The notes below the pieces were generated by a model, which saw only the letters and a program-made list of their open reading frames with translations, searched no databases and was not told the origin of the DNA. Of a stretch of DNA of 64,000 nucleotides, positions 32,843-43,403 are shown one piece after another. The position numbers and the translations under genes are program-made. The DNA is from a virus (taxonomy: Duplodnaviria; Caudoviricetes), in the IMG/VR virus record IMGVR_UViG_3300029305_011823. One strand, written 5' to 3'. Positions within the stretch are counted from its first letter, which is position 1; each line of letters opens with the position of its first letter.

Positions 32843-35800
32843 ATGTCTGATAAAAAGAATAATGTCATAATTGGTGGTTCTTTAATGCCTTCACTTAAAG
32901 ATACACCACTTGACGCAAGATCAAGAATCGATACTATTGCCGATATCGGTAATATCGAATTACCTTATGTCGGTATGATGTTTTACGTAAAAGATGAACA
33001 AAAATTCTATGTAGTAAACTCTTTAAAATCGAAAGTTATTAATGGTATAGAAGTAGAAGGAATGCTAATAGATAGATATGCCGAAATAGCCATGGGAAAA
33101 TCTGCATTTGATATAGCAGTTGAAAATGGTTATGAAGGTAATGAATCAGAATGGCTAGCTGAACTTGTTGGACCTCAAGGACCAGAAGGACCAGTTGGAC
33201 CTCAAGGAGAACAAGGTATACAAGGACCTAAAGGTGAACAAGGTCTAGTTGGACCTATGGGACCACAAGGACCAAGAGGGGAACAAGGACCTATGGGACC
33301 TGAAGGACCTCAAGGTTTAAAAGGTGATAAAGGGGACCAAGGTGAACAAGGTATACAAGGACCTCAAGGTGAAATGGGACCTCAAGGACCACAAGGTAAA
33401 GCAGGACCAGAAGGTGAACAAGGTCTTCAAGGACCAATAGGACCAATGGGACCTCAAGGTATACAAGGACCAGAAGGACCTCAAGGACCAGTTGGACCTA
33501 AAGGGGATCAAGGTATCCAAGGTATACAAGGACCTCAAGGTGAAGTAGGACCTAAAGGGGAACAAGGACCACAAGGTCTTCAAGGACCTCAAGGAGAAAG
33601 AGGACCAAAAGGAGATCAAGGACCTCAAGGTGAACAAGGTCTAGTTGGACCTATGGGACCACAAGGACCACAAGGTATACAAGGTGTAAGAGGGGAAAAA
33701 GGGGACCAAGGTGAAGTTGGACCAATAGGACCTCAAGGACCTCAGGGTGTACAAGGTATACAAGGTGAAGTGGGACCACAAGGACCACAAGGTATACAAG
33801 GACCTAGAGGGGAAAAAGGTGAAAGAGGTGCTGATGGTACTTCTGTTAAAATAGTTGGTGTATTAGATGCTGTTAGTGATTTAGATAACCTTGCTAATGA
33901 AGAAATTGGTAATGGTTACATCATAAAAGCAAATGGACACTTATACGTTTGCGTTGAACCAAATAAATTTGTTGATGCTGGTGAAATAAAAGGACCAAAA
34001 GGAGATCAAGGTCCACAAGGGGAACAAGGACCTCAGGGACCACAAGGACCTCAAGGATTCTCTGCATTCCAAGCATGGAAAACATTAGAAGGAAACGCTA
34101 ATAAAACTGTAGAAGACTATATGGAATCAATGAGAGGACCTGCTGGACCAGTTGGACCTCAAGGAGCAGTTGGACCTCAAGGACCACAAGGTATACAAGG
34201 TGAAAGAGGATTCTCTGCTTACCAAGCATGGAGAACATTAGAAGGAAATGAAGAAGGAACTGTAGAAGAATTTATAGAATCTCTAAGAGGACCTCAAGGT
34301 ATACAAGGACCTATGGGAGAAAAAGGTGAACAAGGTGTTCAAGGACCACAAGGTGAACAAGGACCTGTTGGACCAGAAGGACCAATGGGACCTCAAGGAC
34401 CAGTTGGACCTCAAGGTGAAAGAGGACATTCTGCTTATATGGCTTGGAAAACTTTAGAAGGAAATGAAGCAGGTACTGTAGAAGAATTTATAGCTTCTTT
34501 AAAAGGTGAAAAAGGAGATAAAGGTGAAAAAGGGGAACAAGGTTTACCTGGAGAAAAAGGTGAACAAGGTGTTCAAGGACCACAAGGTTTAAAAGGTGAC
34601 CAAGGTGAAATGGGACCTCAAGGACCTCAAGGACTTAAAGGTGAAAAAGGAGATAAAGGTGACCAAGGTGAAGTTGGACCTCAAGGACCACAAGGTTTAC
34701 AAGGTGAAATGGGACCTCAAGGACCTCAAGGTTTACAAGGGGAACAAGGACCTATAGGAGAAACGGGACCACAAGGACCAGTTGGACCACAAGGTATACA
34801 AGGACCAGAAGGACCTCAAGGTGAAAGAGGACCAGAAGGAAAACAAGGACCTCAAGGAGAAACGGGACCACAAGGACCAATGGGACCACAAGGACATTCT
34901 GCTTATATGGCTTGGAAAACTTTAGAAGGAAATGCAAATGGAACTGTAGAAGATTTCATAGCTTCTTTAAAAGGTGAAAAAGGGGAACAAGGTGAAATAG
35001 GACCTCAAGGAGAACAAGGACCTCAAGGTGAAGTAGGACCACAAGGACCAGTTGGACCTCAAGGAGAACAAGGACCACAAGGTGAAATAGGACCTCAAGG
35101 ACCAGTTGGACCACAAGGGGAACAAGGACCACAAGGTTTACAAGGACCTAGAGGAGAAAAAGGTGCGGATGGAACATCTATACGTATAGTTGGTGTTTTA
35201 AATTCTATGGATGAAATAGATTCCATAGTTGGAGAACAAGTTGGGGATTGTTACATAGTTGAAGAGAACGGACACTTAATAGTATTTAATGGAGAAGATG
35301 ATTTTGTTGATTTAGGTAAATTAACAGGACCTCAAGGACCAAAAGGTGATAGAGGGGAACAAGGTGAAAAAGGGGATCCATTCTTATACGAAGACTTCAC
35401 AGAAGAACAACTTGCTGCTTTAGTTGGACCTATGGGACCACAAGGACCTGCTGGAGAAAAAGGAGCAGATGGTATAATAGGTAAAGACGGAGAGAAAGGT
35501 GAAAAAGGGGATCAAGGTGAACAAGGACCTAAAGGAGAAGACGGTTACACTCCAATTAAAGGTGTAGACTATTTCACTCAAGAAGAATTAGATGTGTTAT
35601 TATACGATGATTCTGAAATAAGAGCAATGATAGATGAAGAAAAACCTTATTTAATGGATATAGCTGCTTATCCAACTAGTAGATTCTTATTTGCTTGTGG
35701 ATTACCTATATATGTAGATGTAAATAAAGGACGTAAATATAATACTGAATTACCAGAAGATGAGATAATATGTAGTTATATGTGGAATGAAAGATTAGAA

Positions 35801-37027
35801 TACATTAATGTTCCTGCTGCAGAAGCTGGTAAATTAATGGTATTCGGAGGATACGGACCTAATAATGTTAACGTTAAGAGAAGTTTACCAAATACTAAGA
35901 TAGTTGCTAAAGGAGTTAATATAAAAGGTATCTGTGGAGGTAACTACTTTGAAGGTATAGTTGGTAGATCTGAAATAATCGTTAGAGATTGTAATATGAA
36001 ACAAATTATAGGTGCAGGATGGTGCGGAGCAGCAGTAAATGGAAAACCTGCTAGATTAAACGTCGTTTATGATGTATTTGTAGATTGTGAAAATATGACT
36101 GGTTGTTCATTATTATTTGGTGGACCACAAGGAAACGGTGTAGCTGAAACAGTAGATATGAAACTTAAAAATTGTGAAGTCGGATGGGTTACTATAGGTG
36201 GTTCTAACGGATGTACTAGAAACGGAGTAGTTGAAATAAATGGTGGTACATATACTTGTGTACAAACTACAAATAGAGGTATTGTAAATAATGCTAAAGT
36301 AATATTAGAGGACGGATTAGTTAAAGCTTTATATGCTGGTGGAGAAACTGAAGATAACACAGTAACTGGAATAATAGAAGATTGTGAATTAATACTTAAC
36401 GGCGGTATTGTAAATAAATTTAGCTTAGGAACTAGCAACGGTGTAGAAGGAGCTATAAGACCTCATGGTATAATAGCTGATACTAATGTTGTAGTTGGAG
36501 ACGTTAGTATGCTTAAACATATAGATGATCCTGTTAAAGAAGACTATGAAGCTCAAATTAAAGCTCTTAAGGAGGAACTAGAAATGGCTAAGAAAAAAAT
36601 ACTTGATATGGAATTTGGTGTAGAATATGAATGGATACATGAAGTAAAACAAGAAGAAGTTGATACTATAATATTCAATCGTGAAAATGCACCTAGTTTA
36701 TTCAACGAAATGGACACTATAGAAGAAGCATTTGCTAAAGGTGAAATAGACGAAGAAAAATATAATGAATGGTGGATGCAATTTGAAAATGGTGATGTAT
36801 TCAGAGTTTACGCTTTAAGACTTGCTAGTGATAATAAAGCATTCAATAGATATAATGTATTAATTCCATATGAAGGAAGCACTGTACAACAACCAGGTGA
36901 AGGATTACAAGACTGGGAAGTTATACCAGGATTAGACTGGACTTGGAACTTTGATGGAGAACAAATAGTATTAAATTATATGGCATTATCAAAAATGGTA
37001 TTTGCTATAATGAAAGTTAAAGAATAG
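32843..37027 (+). CDS. Collagen-like (Gly-X-Y) fibre protein with N-terminal PLDAR domain and C-terminal beta-helix-like region (1394 aa)
   Basis: Long GPQ/GEQ/GPM triplet runs interrupted by [12 protein letters not shown]..GTVEEFIxSLxG linkers, two GTSxxIVG..GHL domains and [12 protein letters not shown]. Gly-Gly-rich beta-repeat region near the C-terminus. Confidence 0.85.
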   Translation: MSDKKNNVIIGGSLMPSLKDTPLDARSRIDTIADIGNIELPYVGMMFYVKDEQKFYVVNSLKSKVINGIEVEGMLIDRYAEIAMGKSAFDIAVENGYEGNESEWLAELVGPQGPEGPVGPQGEQGIQGPKGEQGLVGPMGPQGPRGEQGPMGPEGPQGLKGDKGDQGEQGIQGPQGEMGPQGPQGKAGPEGEQGLQGPIGPMGPQGIQGPEGPQGPVGPKGDQGIQGIQGPQGEVGPKGEQGPQGLQGPQGERGPKGDQGPQGEQGLVGPMGPQGPQGIQGVRGEKGDQGEVGPIGPQGPQGVQGIQGEVGPQGPQGIQGPRGEKGERGADGTSVKIVGVLDAVSDLDNLANEEIGNGYIIKANGHLYVCVEPNKFVDAGEIKGPKGDQGPQGEQGPQGPQGPQGFSAFQAWKTLEGNANKTVEDYMESMRGPAGPVGPQGAVGPQGPQGIQGERGFSAYQAWRTLEGNEEGTVEEFIESLRGPQGIQGPMGEKGEQGVQGPQGEQGPVGPEGPMGPQGPVGPQGERGHSAYMAWKTLEGNEAGTVEEFIASLKGEKGDKGEKGEQGLPGEKGEQGVQGPQGLKGDQGEMGPQGPQGLKGEKGDKGDQGEVGPQGPQGLQGEMGPQGPQGLQGEQGPIGETGPQGPVGPQGIQGPEGPQGERGPEGKQGPQGETGPQGPMGPQGHSAYMAWKTLEGNANGTVEDFIASLKGEKGEQGEIGPQGEQGPQGEVGPQGPVGPQGEQGPQGEIGPQGPVGPQGEQGPQGLQGPRGEKGADGTSIRIVGVLNSMDEIDSIVGEQVGDCYIVEENGHLIVFNGEDDFVDLGKLTGPQGPKGDRGEQGEKGDPFLYEDFTEEQLAALVGPMGPQGPAGEKGADGIIGKDGEKGEKGDQGEQGPKGEDGYTPIKGVDYFTQEELDVLLYDDSEIRAMIDEEKPYLMDIAAYPTSRFLFACGLPIYVDVNKGRKYNTELPEDEIICSYMWNERLEYINVPAAEAGKLMVFGGYGPNNVNVKRSLPNTKIVAKGVNIKGICGGNYFEGIVGRSEIIVRDCNMKQIIGAGWCGAAVNGKPARLNVVYDVFVDCENMTGCSLLFGGPQGNGVAETVDMKLKNCEVGWVTIGGSNGCTRNGVVEINGGTYTCVQTTNRGIVNNAKVILEDGLVKALYAGGETEDNTVTGIIEDCELILNGGIVNKFSLGTSNGVEGAIRPHGIIADTNVVVGDVSMLKHIDDPVKEDYEAQIKALKEELEMAKKKILDMEFGVEYEWIHEVKQEEVDTIIFNRENAPSLFNEMDTIEEAFAKGEIDEEKYNEWWMQFENGDVFRVYALRLASDNKAFNRYNVLIPYEGSTVQQPGEGLQDWEVIPGLDWTWNFDGEQIVLNYMALSKMVFAIMKVKE

Positions 37028-37065
37028 GTTCTACTATAATTTTAATAAAGAGAGGTGAATTGTAA

Positions 37066-37788
37066 ATGGCTCTTTCTGAAGAACAAATCAAACAACAAAT
37101 TGATGTTTTAACTGCGAAAACATCAGAAAACCCTGAGATGGTTTATAAGGCGATAGCCGCATTAAATAAAGGTCTTAACCCAGAATATTTCTCAGGCAAT
37201 AATAGTAAAATAGTAAATGCAATAAATAAATTAGCTGCTGAAGTAAATATGCTTAATAAAGCAGTTAGAGATATGATTGATAATACTAACGATATATTAC
37301 TAGATGTAAAAGGTGAGGAAACTAAAGATATATGGGAAGCAACTAAGCAGTTAATGGGTGAAGATACTATCATAGAAGGTATAAAAGCTATACTAGAAGG
37401 TAGAAAAGTAGAAGAGATATTAAATCTTCATCCAGCTGATGATGGTAAATTACTTTCTGTAGAGAAGAATGATAAAACTGGTGCTTTAGAAGTAAAACCT
37501 GTTTCAATAGATTCACTTACTGTAGAAGTAGGTGCTTATGACGTTGCTTATCTAAATAGAGATTTTGAAAAAATAAATAGCGTTGGAGAAGCTATAGATC
37601 ATATACTTGAGGATATACAACAACCATTACAATGGGATGAATTGGTTAATAGACCAAAATTAGCTGATGAATTAGTTATAGAAGAAGATGCTTTGGTATT
37701 AAAATCAATTGAAGATGAAGAGCTGTCAAATATTCCTATAACTAGTGATGAAGATATAGAAAATATTATAGACTCTTTAGACTTATAA
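37066..37788 (+). CDS. Fibre connector-like protein (240 aa)
   Basis: RBS GAGGTG. KIVNAINKL and WDELVNRP fibre-type motifs. C-terminal IPITSDEDIENIIDSL resembles the end of the 38826 gene product. Confidence 0.6.
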   Translation: MALSEEQIKQQIDVLTAKTSENPEMVYKAIAALNKGLNPEYFSGNNSKIVNAINKLAAEVNMLNKAVRDMIDNTNDILLDVKGEETKDIWEATKQLMGEDTIIEGIKAILEGRKVEEILNLHPADDGKLLSVEKNDKTGALEVKPVSIDSLTVEVGAYDVAYLNRDFEKINSVGEAIDHILEDIQQPLQWDELVNRPKLADELVIEEDALVLKSIEDEELSNIPITSDEDIENIIDSLDL

Positions 37789-37799
37789 TCGTCTAGGAG

Positions 37800-37811
37800 A
37801 ACAATACATTA
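37800..37811 (+). promoter_or_regulatory. AACA-N6-TA late-type promoter
   Basis: AACA ATACAT TA. Confidence 0.7.
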
Positions 37812-37879
37812 AAGGTGACTGGGCTTTATAATAAAGCCCAGTAAATAAAAAATATTATATAAAAAGGAGTGTTTTATAA

Positions 37880-38791
37880 ATGTCTAAATTAGTAGATAAA
37901 GATAGACTTGCGAAATTAGCTAAAGCTTTAGATGCTAGAGCTAAAGCCGCTGTAGCTGCTGAAAAAGTAAGAGCAGAAGCTAAAGAAGCTGAAATAGCAG
38001 AAGATCTAGCTCAAGAAGTAGAAGATAGAGAAGCAGCTATAGATGAAGCTGTAACATTTGAAAATGGAATAACTACTGTTAATGCTTTAGGTGGTATACC
38101 AGCTAACACAAGCTTAGATGGTAAATCAGTTACTGAAATACTTGATATGTTATTATTCCCATATGTAAAACAAACTATATCTAACGTAAAAGGAACACCT
38201 AATGGTGGTACTTACGAACATGGTAATAACCAAGTTATAACTGCAGTTCAAGCTACAGTTACTAAAAAATCTAAAAAAATAACTAAAGTAGAATTATTAC
38301 AAGGAACAACTGTATTAGCTGTTAAAGAAGGTGACGAAGTTGCTAATGGTGGTACTTTCACTTTCTCTGGATTAAGCGTAGCTGTTAACTCTGTTAACGT
38401 ACAATTAACAGTTAAAGCATATGATGAAACTAATGCAACTGTTGAAGGAAAAACTGGAGCATTCACTTTCGTTTATCCTTATTACTATGGAGTATGTGAA
38501 GCTGGAGCTGCTGTAGATGAAGCTTTAGTTGAAGGATTAACTAAAGATGTTTCTGGTAAAGCTCAAAAAGCTTATTCATATAATACAAATAACCAATGTG
38601 CAGTAATAGCTTATCCTAAATCTCATGGAGTATTAAAATCTGCATTAGACCCTAACGCATTTGAAAATATAAGTGCATTTACAAGACATGAAGTTTCTGT
38701 AACTGGATTAGATGGTAAAGCTGTAGCTTACTATGTTTATGTAAGTGGAGCATTTACTGGTTCTGGATTCAAATATACATTCAAATATTAA
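37880..38791 (+). CDS. Fibre-associated protein with Ig-like beta domains (303 aa)
   Basis: N-terminus homologous to the 16652 product (VDKxxLAxLAxALD). Thr/Val-rich beta-sandwich-like middle. C-terminal YPYYYG..IAYP..YYVY domain. Confidence 0.6.
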   Translation: MSKLVDKDRLAKLAKALDARAKAAVAAEKVRAEAKEAEIAEDLAQEVEDREAAIDEAVTFENGITTVNALGGIPANTSLDGKSVTEILDMLLFPYVKQTISNVKGTPNGGTYEHGNNQVITAVQATVTKKSKKITKVELLQGTTVLAVKEGDEVANGGTFTFSGLSVAVNSVNVQLTVKAYDETNATVEGKTGAFTFVYPYYYGVCEAGAAVDEALVEGLTKDVSGKAQKAYSYNTNNQCAVIAYPKSHGVLKSALDPNAFENISAFTRHEVSVTGLDGKAVAYYVYVSGAFTGSGFKYTFKY

Positions 38792-38825
38792 TATAAATAA
38801 TAAATAGGTAAAGGAGTGAAAAAAG

Positions 38826-41546
38826 ATGGCTTTAGATAATCAATTCGGTAAAGGTATAGGTCTAGCCGCTGGTTTTGACCTTGGTGCACAAAAACCTCTT
38901 GATGCAAGGGTTGCTGTTAATACTATAGCAGAAAGGGATGCACATATAGAAAATAACAGAGCATATGAAGGGATGTTAGTTTACGTTGCAGAAGCTAACA
39001 TGACTTACCAATTAGTAAAAGGTGAAGAAGAAGGGCAATTAGTATGGAAAGAATTTGGATTTAACCAAAATGATTTCGATGAATCATTCAATGGTGCTAT
39101 CCAAGATGTTGATGATAGATTAAAAGCTGTTGAAGACGATCTAGCTCAAGGTGGAGAAATAGAAGCTAGAATAGCTCAAAATGAAGCTGATATAGACGGA
39201 TTACAAGGATTAGTAGGTCAACCTGCTCAAGCTGGTGAAGGAGAAGGAGAAGACGTTCCTGCTACTGGATTACATTTAGCTTTAGACAATGCTAAAGCAG
39301 AATTAGAACAAGATATACTTGATGAAAAAGGTAGAGCTGAAGGTCAAGAAGCTGCTATAAGACAAGAATTAGCTGATGAAGCTGCTGAAATAAGAGGAGA
39401 AATGGCTGCTGAATTAGGTAATTATACTGTTGAAGCTGGTGAAGGTGTAGAAGCTAAAGAAGCATCTGGATTAAGAAAAGAAATAGAAGATGCTCATGCT
39501 GCTATAAGACAAGAATTAGCAGATGAAAAATTAGCTTTACAAGGTGAAATAGATGCTGATGTAAAAGTTGAAAAAGAAAGAGCTGAAGGTGTAGAAGCTG
39601 CTATAAGAGGAGAAATGGCTGCTGAAACTGCTAGAGTAAATCAAAAAATAGCTGATGATATAGCTGCTGAATCTGCTTTAAGAGTTGCTGAAGAAGCTAG
39701 AATAGAAGGTAAAGTTGATGCTGAAGCACAAAGAGCTGACACTGAAGAAAAACGTATAGTTGGTTTAGTAGAAGCTGAAGCTGAAAGAGCTGCTGGAAAA
39801 GAAGGAGAATTACTTGCTGCTATAAACAAAGAAGTAGGAGATAGAGAAGCTGCAGTTCAAGGTTTAGCTGATAGACATGACCAAGAAATGGAAGCAGCTG
39901 CTGAACAAGTTGCTGAAGATTTAGCTGCTTTAAAACAAGAATTACAAGGTGAAATAGACAGTGATGTTGCTGCTGAAGCTGCTTTAAGAGAAGCTGCTGA
40001 TAAAGCATTAGATGAAAGAGTTAAACCTCTTGAAGCTCACGTTGCTGCTCAACCTGGTGTAGATGCTGCTCAAGATGCTAGAATAAAAGCTTTAGAAGAT
40101 GATGCTCCAGTTAAACAAGCTGCTATAGAAGCTGCTCAAGCTGCTGCTGATCAAGCTCAAGAAGAAGTTGACGTAGTTGAAGGTAGAGCTTTAGCTTTAG
40201 AAGGAAGAGCAGAAGCTTTAGAAGAAGATGTTGCTAGATTAGACGGAGCTGATAATGTTGAAGGTTCTGTTAAGAAACAAATAAAAGATGCAGTAGATGC
40301 TATAAATGCAGATGCTGAAGCTTTAGAAGCTAGAGTTAAAGCTAATGAAGATGATATAGTTGCAATGAAAGCTGAAGAAGCTAAAATAAGAGAAGACTTT
40401 GCTGCTGCAGATGCTCAAGTATTAGCTGATGCTAAAGCTCATGCAGAACAAAAAATAGCTGATTTAGTTGACTCTGCTCCAGATGCAATGAATACTTTAA
40501 ATGAATTAGCAAAAGCTATAAATGATAATAAAGGTATTTATGATGCATATATAGAAGAACATAATCAAGCAATGGCTGCTATGAAAGAAGAATTACAAGG
40601 TGAAATAGATGCTGATGTAAAAGTTGTTGCTGATGAATTAGCTAAACAAAAAGATGCTGCTCAAGAAGGAACATTAGCTAATCAAATAGCTGACGAAGTT
40701 GCTAGAGCAGACGCTGAAGAAAAAGCTATAAGACAATTAGTAGCTGATGAAAAAGCTAATTTACAAGCTGAAATAGATGCTGATGTTAAAGTTGAAAAAG
40801 AAAGAGCCGAAGGACAAGAAGCTGCTATAAGACAAGAATTAGCTGATGAAGCTGCTGAAATAAGAGGAGAAATGGCAGAACAACATCAAGCTATGAACGA
40901 AGCTGCAGAACAAGCTCATCAAGCTATAAGAGGAGAAATGGCTACTGAAGCTGCTAGAGTAGATAAAAAAATAGCTGACGACATAGCTGCTGAATCTGCT
41001 TTAAGAGTTGCTGAAGAACAAAGAATAGAAGGATTAGTTACTGCTGAAGCTGAAAGAGCAGATGCTGAAGAAAAACGTATAGTTGGTTTAGTAGAAGCTG
41101 AAGCAGAAGCTGCTAGAGCTGCTGAATTAAAATTAACTCAAGATTTAGCTAAAGAAGTAGAAGATAGAGGAGCTGCTGTTCTAGCTGAACAACAAAGAGC
41201 TGAAGGGCAAGAATCTGCTATAAGAGGAGAATTAACAGCTGCTATAGCTAAAGAAGTTGGAGATAGAGATGCTGCTATAAAAGTTGAAGCTGACAGAGCT
41301 AAAGCTGAAGAAGCAGATATAAGAGCTGACTTTGCTCAAGCTGATGCTGACTTACATGCTACTATAAAAGGTGAAATGGCTGCTGTTATACAATCATTAG
41401 TAGCTGAAATAACTGAAGATGGTATGTTAAGAATAGCTTTAGGTGGAATACAAGGAGACGATGTTTTAGTAATAAGAGAACAAGAAATACCTTTTGTTAC
41501 TGATGCTGAAATAGATGAAATAATAGCTGGATTAGATGCTGAATAA
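38826..41546 (+). CDS. Long acidic coiled-coil fibre shaft protein with N-terminal PLDAR domain (906 aa)
   Basis: PLDAR..AYEGMLVYV N-domain, Ala/Glu-rich helical repeats (ExxRAxxxE), KIADLVDSAPDAMNTLNELAKAI fibre motif and internal duplications. Confidence 0.75.
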   Translation: MALDNQFGKGIGLAAGFDLGAQKPLDARVAVNTIAERDAHIENNRAYEGMLVYVAEANMTYQLVKGEEEGQLVWKEFGFNQNDFDESFNGAIQDVDDRLKAVEDDLAQGGEIEARIAQNEADIDGLQGLVGQPAQAGEGEGEDVPATGLHLALDNAKAELEQDILDEKGRAEGQEAAIRQELADEAAEIRGEMAAELGNYTVEAGEGVEAKEASGLRKEIEDAHAAIRQELADEKLALQGEIDADVKVEKERAEGVEAAIRGEMAAETARVNQKIADDIAAESALRVAEEARIEGKVDAEAQRADTEEKRIVGLVEAEAERAAGKEGELLAAINKEVGDREAAVQGLADRHDQEMEAAAEQVAEDLAALKQELQGEIDSDVAAEAALREAADKALDERVKPLEAHVAAQPGVDAAQDARIKALEDDAPVKQAAIEAAQAAADQAQEEVDVVEGRALALEGRAEALEEDVARLDGADNVEGSVKKQIKDAVDAINADAEALEARVKANEDDIVAMKAEEAKIREDFAAADAQVLADAKAHAEQKIADLVDSAPDAMNTLNELAKAINDNKGIYDAYIEEHNQAMAAMKEELQGEIDADVKVVADELAKQKDAAQEGTLANQIADEVARADAEEKAIRQLVADEKANLQAEIDADVKVEKERAEGQEAAIRQELADEAAEIRGEMAEQHQAMNEAAEQAHQAIRGEMATEAARVDKKIADDIAAESALRVAEEQRIEGLVTAEAERADAEEKRIVGLVEAEAEAARAAELKLTQDLAKEVEDRGAAVLAEQQRAEGQESAIRGELTAAIAKEVGDRDAAIKVEADRAKAEEADIRADFAQADADLHATIKGEMAAVIQSLVAEITEDGMLRIALGGIQGDDVLVIREQEIPFVTDAEIDEIIAGLDAE

Positions 41547-41553
41547 TAAAATT

Positions 41554-41587
41554 AAGTAGATAGAGAATATTCTCTATCTACTTTTTT
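41554..41587 (+). terminator. Intrinsic terminator
   Basis: Perfect 30-bp palindrome followed by a T run. Confidence 0.8.
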
Positions 41588-41595
41588 GTCATCAA

Positions 41596-41607
41596 AACAA
41601 TGATATA
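41596..41607 (+). promoter_or_regulatory. AACA-N6-TA late-type promoter (holin)
   Basis: AACA ATGATA TA just after a terminator. Confidence 0.75.
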
Positions 41608-41636
41608 ATAAATATAAATAAAAGGTGGTAGATGAA

Positions 41637-41969
41637 ATGCCAAAAATAAACTGGACTATTAGAAAACAAAATCCGATGTTCTATATTCAATTATTACTTT
41701 CAATATTTGTACCAATATTAGGATATTTAGGAATCAACTGGTCTGATGTTACTACATGGGGAACATTTTTCCAAGTTATAATAGCTGCTATTAGCAATCC
41801 ATATTGCTTAAGCATAGTTGCAGTATCATTATTTAATACTGTTGTTGATACTAGTAGCCCTGGTATAAATGATAGTAATCATGTATTATGTTTAAAATGT
41901 ATATTTGATGATTGTGATGAACATGAAAAGGTTGAAGAACAACCTAAAGAACCTGAGAAAAAAGAATAA
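41637..41969 (+). CDS. Holin, phiLC3 family-like
   Basis: INWTIRKQNPMFY, hydrophobic segments, TTW..SNPY and VVDTSSPGINDS match the phiLC3 holin pattern. Charged C-terminal tail. ATG 41637 follows AGGTGG. Confidence 0.8.
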   Translation: MPKINWTIRKQNPMFYIQLLLSIFVPILGYLGINWSDVTTWGTFFQVIIAAISNPYCLSIVAVSLFNTVVDTSSPGINDSNHVLCLKCIFDDCDEHEKVEEQPKEPEKKE

Positions 41970-42007
41970 ATATATACGTATAGGAATTATCCTATACGTA
42001 TATATTT
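41968..42007. terminator. Bidirectional terminator between convergent holin and folA
   Basis: 18-bp perfect stem, 4-nt loop. Confidence 0.85.
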
Positions 42008-42510
42008 TATTTTGAATATTTATAAATATGTGCATCTAATATACTATTATAATGTTTAAATTTAATCATTCTAATATATTCTCTTTTAGGTAAAACTTCA
42101 GCCAATTTAAATATATGAACATATCTATCCGCAGAATAATGTTCATCTAAAACCATTGTTACATAAGCTTCATCTAACATTCCACTATCGATTATGGAAT
42201 TATATAACTGAGCCCCACCGATTATAAATATATCATCATTCTTTCCAAGTTCGATTACTTGTTCCAAATTATTTAAAACTTTGACATTTTCAGTTTCTTC
42301 AATATCACATTCGCCATTACATAAGATATAATTAACTCTATTAGGAAGGGGTTTCTTTGGTAAAGAAACCCATGTATTATATCCCATCACAACTTTGTGA
42401 TACATTGTCATACCTTTAAAAAATTTCATATCTTCTTTTATATTATATAATAATTCGTTATTAAATCCTATAGCACCCATAATATCGGAACAAAAAATCA
42501 TTTTAATCAT
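42007..42510 (-). CDS. folA: Dihydrofolate reductase
   Basis: AIGFNNELLY..EDMKFFK, VVMGYNTWVSLPKKPLPNRVNYIL and IFIIGGAQLY motifs. Adjacent to thyA. Confidence 0.95.
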   Translation of the reverse strand: MIKMIFCSDIMGAIGFNNELLYNIKEDMKFFKGMTMYHKVVMGYNTWVSLPKKPLPNRVNYILCNGECDIEETENVKVLNNLEQVIELGKNDDIFIIGGAQLYNSIIDSGMLDEAYVTMVLDEHYSADRYVHIFKLAEVLPKREYIRMIKFKHYNSILDAHIYKYSK

Positions 42511-42522
42511 TTATATGTCCTC

Positions 42523-43359
42523 CTATATAGCTATTGGTATAAATATTTTAGCTTGTGGTTCATAATCAACTACTTTAAAATCATCTATTGTAAACTCATA
42601 AAAATTATTTGATTTAGGTTCAAATATTAATTTAGGTTGTTTTTCACTAACAGGTCTATTTAATATTTCAGCTGCTATCGGCATATGTCTATCATATATG
42701 TGCACGTTTTGAATGAAATGTGTAAACTTACCTGGTTTTAATCCACAATGTTTAGCAACCATCATTTGTAATGCAACATATTGTATATTATTAATATTAT
42801 TTGCACCTAATATATCTTGGCTTCTTTGAACTAACGTACAATCTAAAAATTCCCCTCTTACTGTCCATAATGTTTGGAAAGCACAAGGAGGTAATCCTAT
42901 AACTCCTCTTAGTTCTTCTTCTTGCCATAAGCTCATTATATGTCTTCTACCATAAGGATTCTCTTGAATTCCTTTTAATAACGTTCCCATTAAATCATAT
43001 TTCTTTACAATCGCTCCATATGTCGAACCAATTGTTCCGTCACCTATATCCCACGGATTCCACCATGTTATACCAAACTTTTCTCTGGCAACTTTTAAAT
43101 CATTAGATGCTTCTTGATAAATCCACAACATCTCTCTAATTCCAGTTTTCCAGGCAGTTGGTTTAATTGTCGTTATTGGGAATTCTCCTTTAGATATATC
43201 AAATGTCTCAACATACTGAGTTGTAAATATACTATGAGCTGGTGTATGAGATCCATCTTCTTCTAACCAATAAGGTCTTGGATCTTTATCTACGATACCA
43301 TTTTCAATTACTTCAGTTAAAATTTTTTTATAAGCTATATCTGCTTTATTCATACACAT
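42523..43359 (-). CDS. thyA: Thymidylate synthase (ThyA type)
   Basis: GRRHIMSLW, LPPCAF catalytic Cys, QRSQDILGANNINNIQY (retains the dUMP-specifying Asn position) and HIYDRH. Confidence 0.95.
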   Translation of the reverse strand: MCMNKADIAYKKILTEVIENGIVDKDPRPYWLEEDGSHTPAHSIFTTQYVETFDISKGEFPITTIKPTAWKTGIREMLWIYQEASNDLKVAREKFGITWWNPWDIGDGTIGSTYGAIVKKYDLMGTLLKGIQENPYGRRHIMSLWQEEELRGVIGLPPCAFQTLWTVRGEFLDCTLVQRSQDILGANNINNIQYVALQMMVAKHCGLKPGKFTHFIQNVHIYDRHMPIAAEILNRPVSEKQPKLIFEPKSNNFYEFTIDDFKVVDYEPQAKIFIPIAI

Positions 43360-43403
43360 TATCCTCCTATAAATTTGATATAATTTTGTTACGCTGAATA
43401 TAA

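Noticed and set aside
1994-40008. Many short minus-strand ORFs inside the LRR, collagen and coiled-coil genes
   Set aside because: Antisense shadows of repetitive, codon-biased genes, with no RBS or promoter evident.
42523-43359. ThyA homologue as a dCMP hydroxymethylase-type base-modification enzyme
   Set aside because: It keeps Asn at the substrate-specificity position and is paired with DHFR, as expected for a canonical thymidylate synthase.
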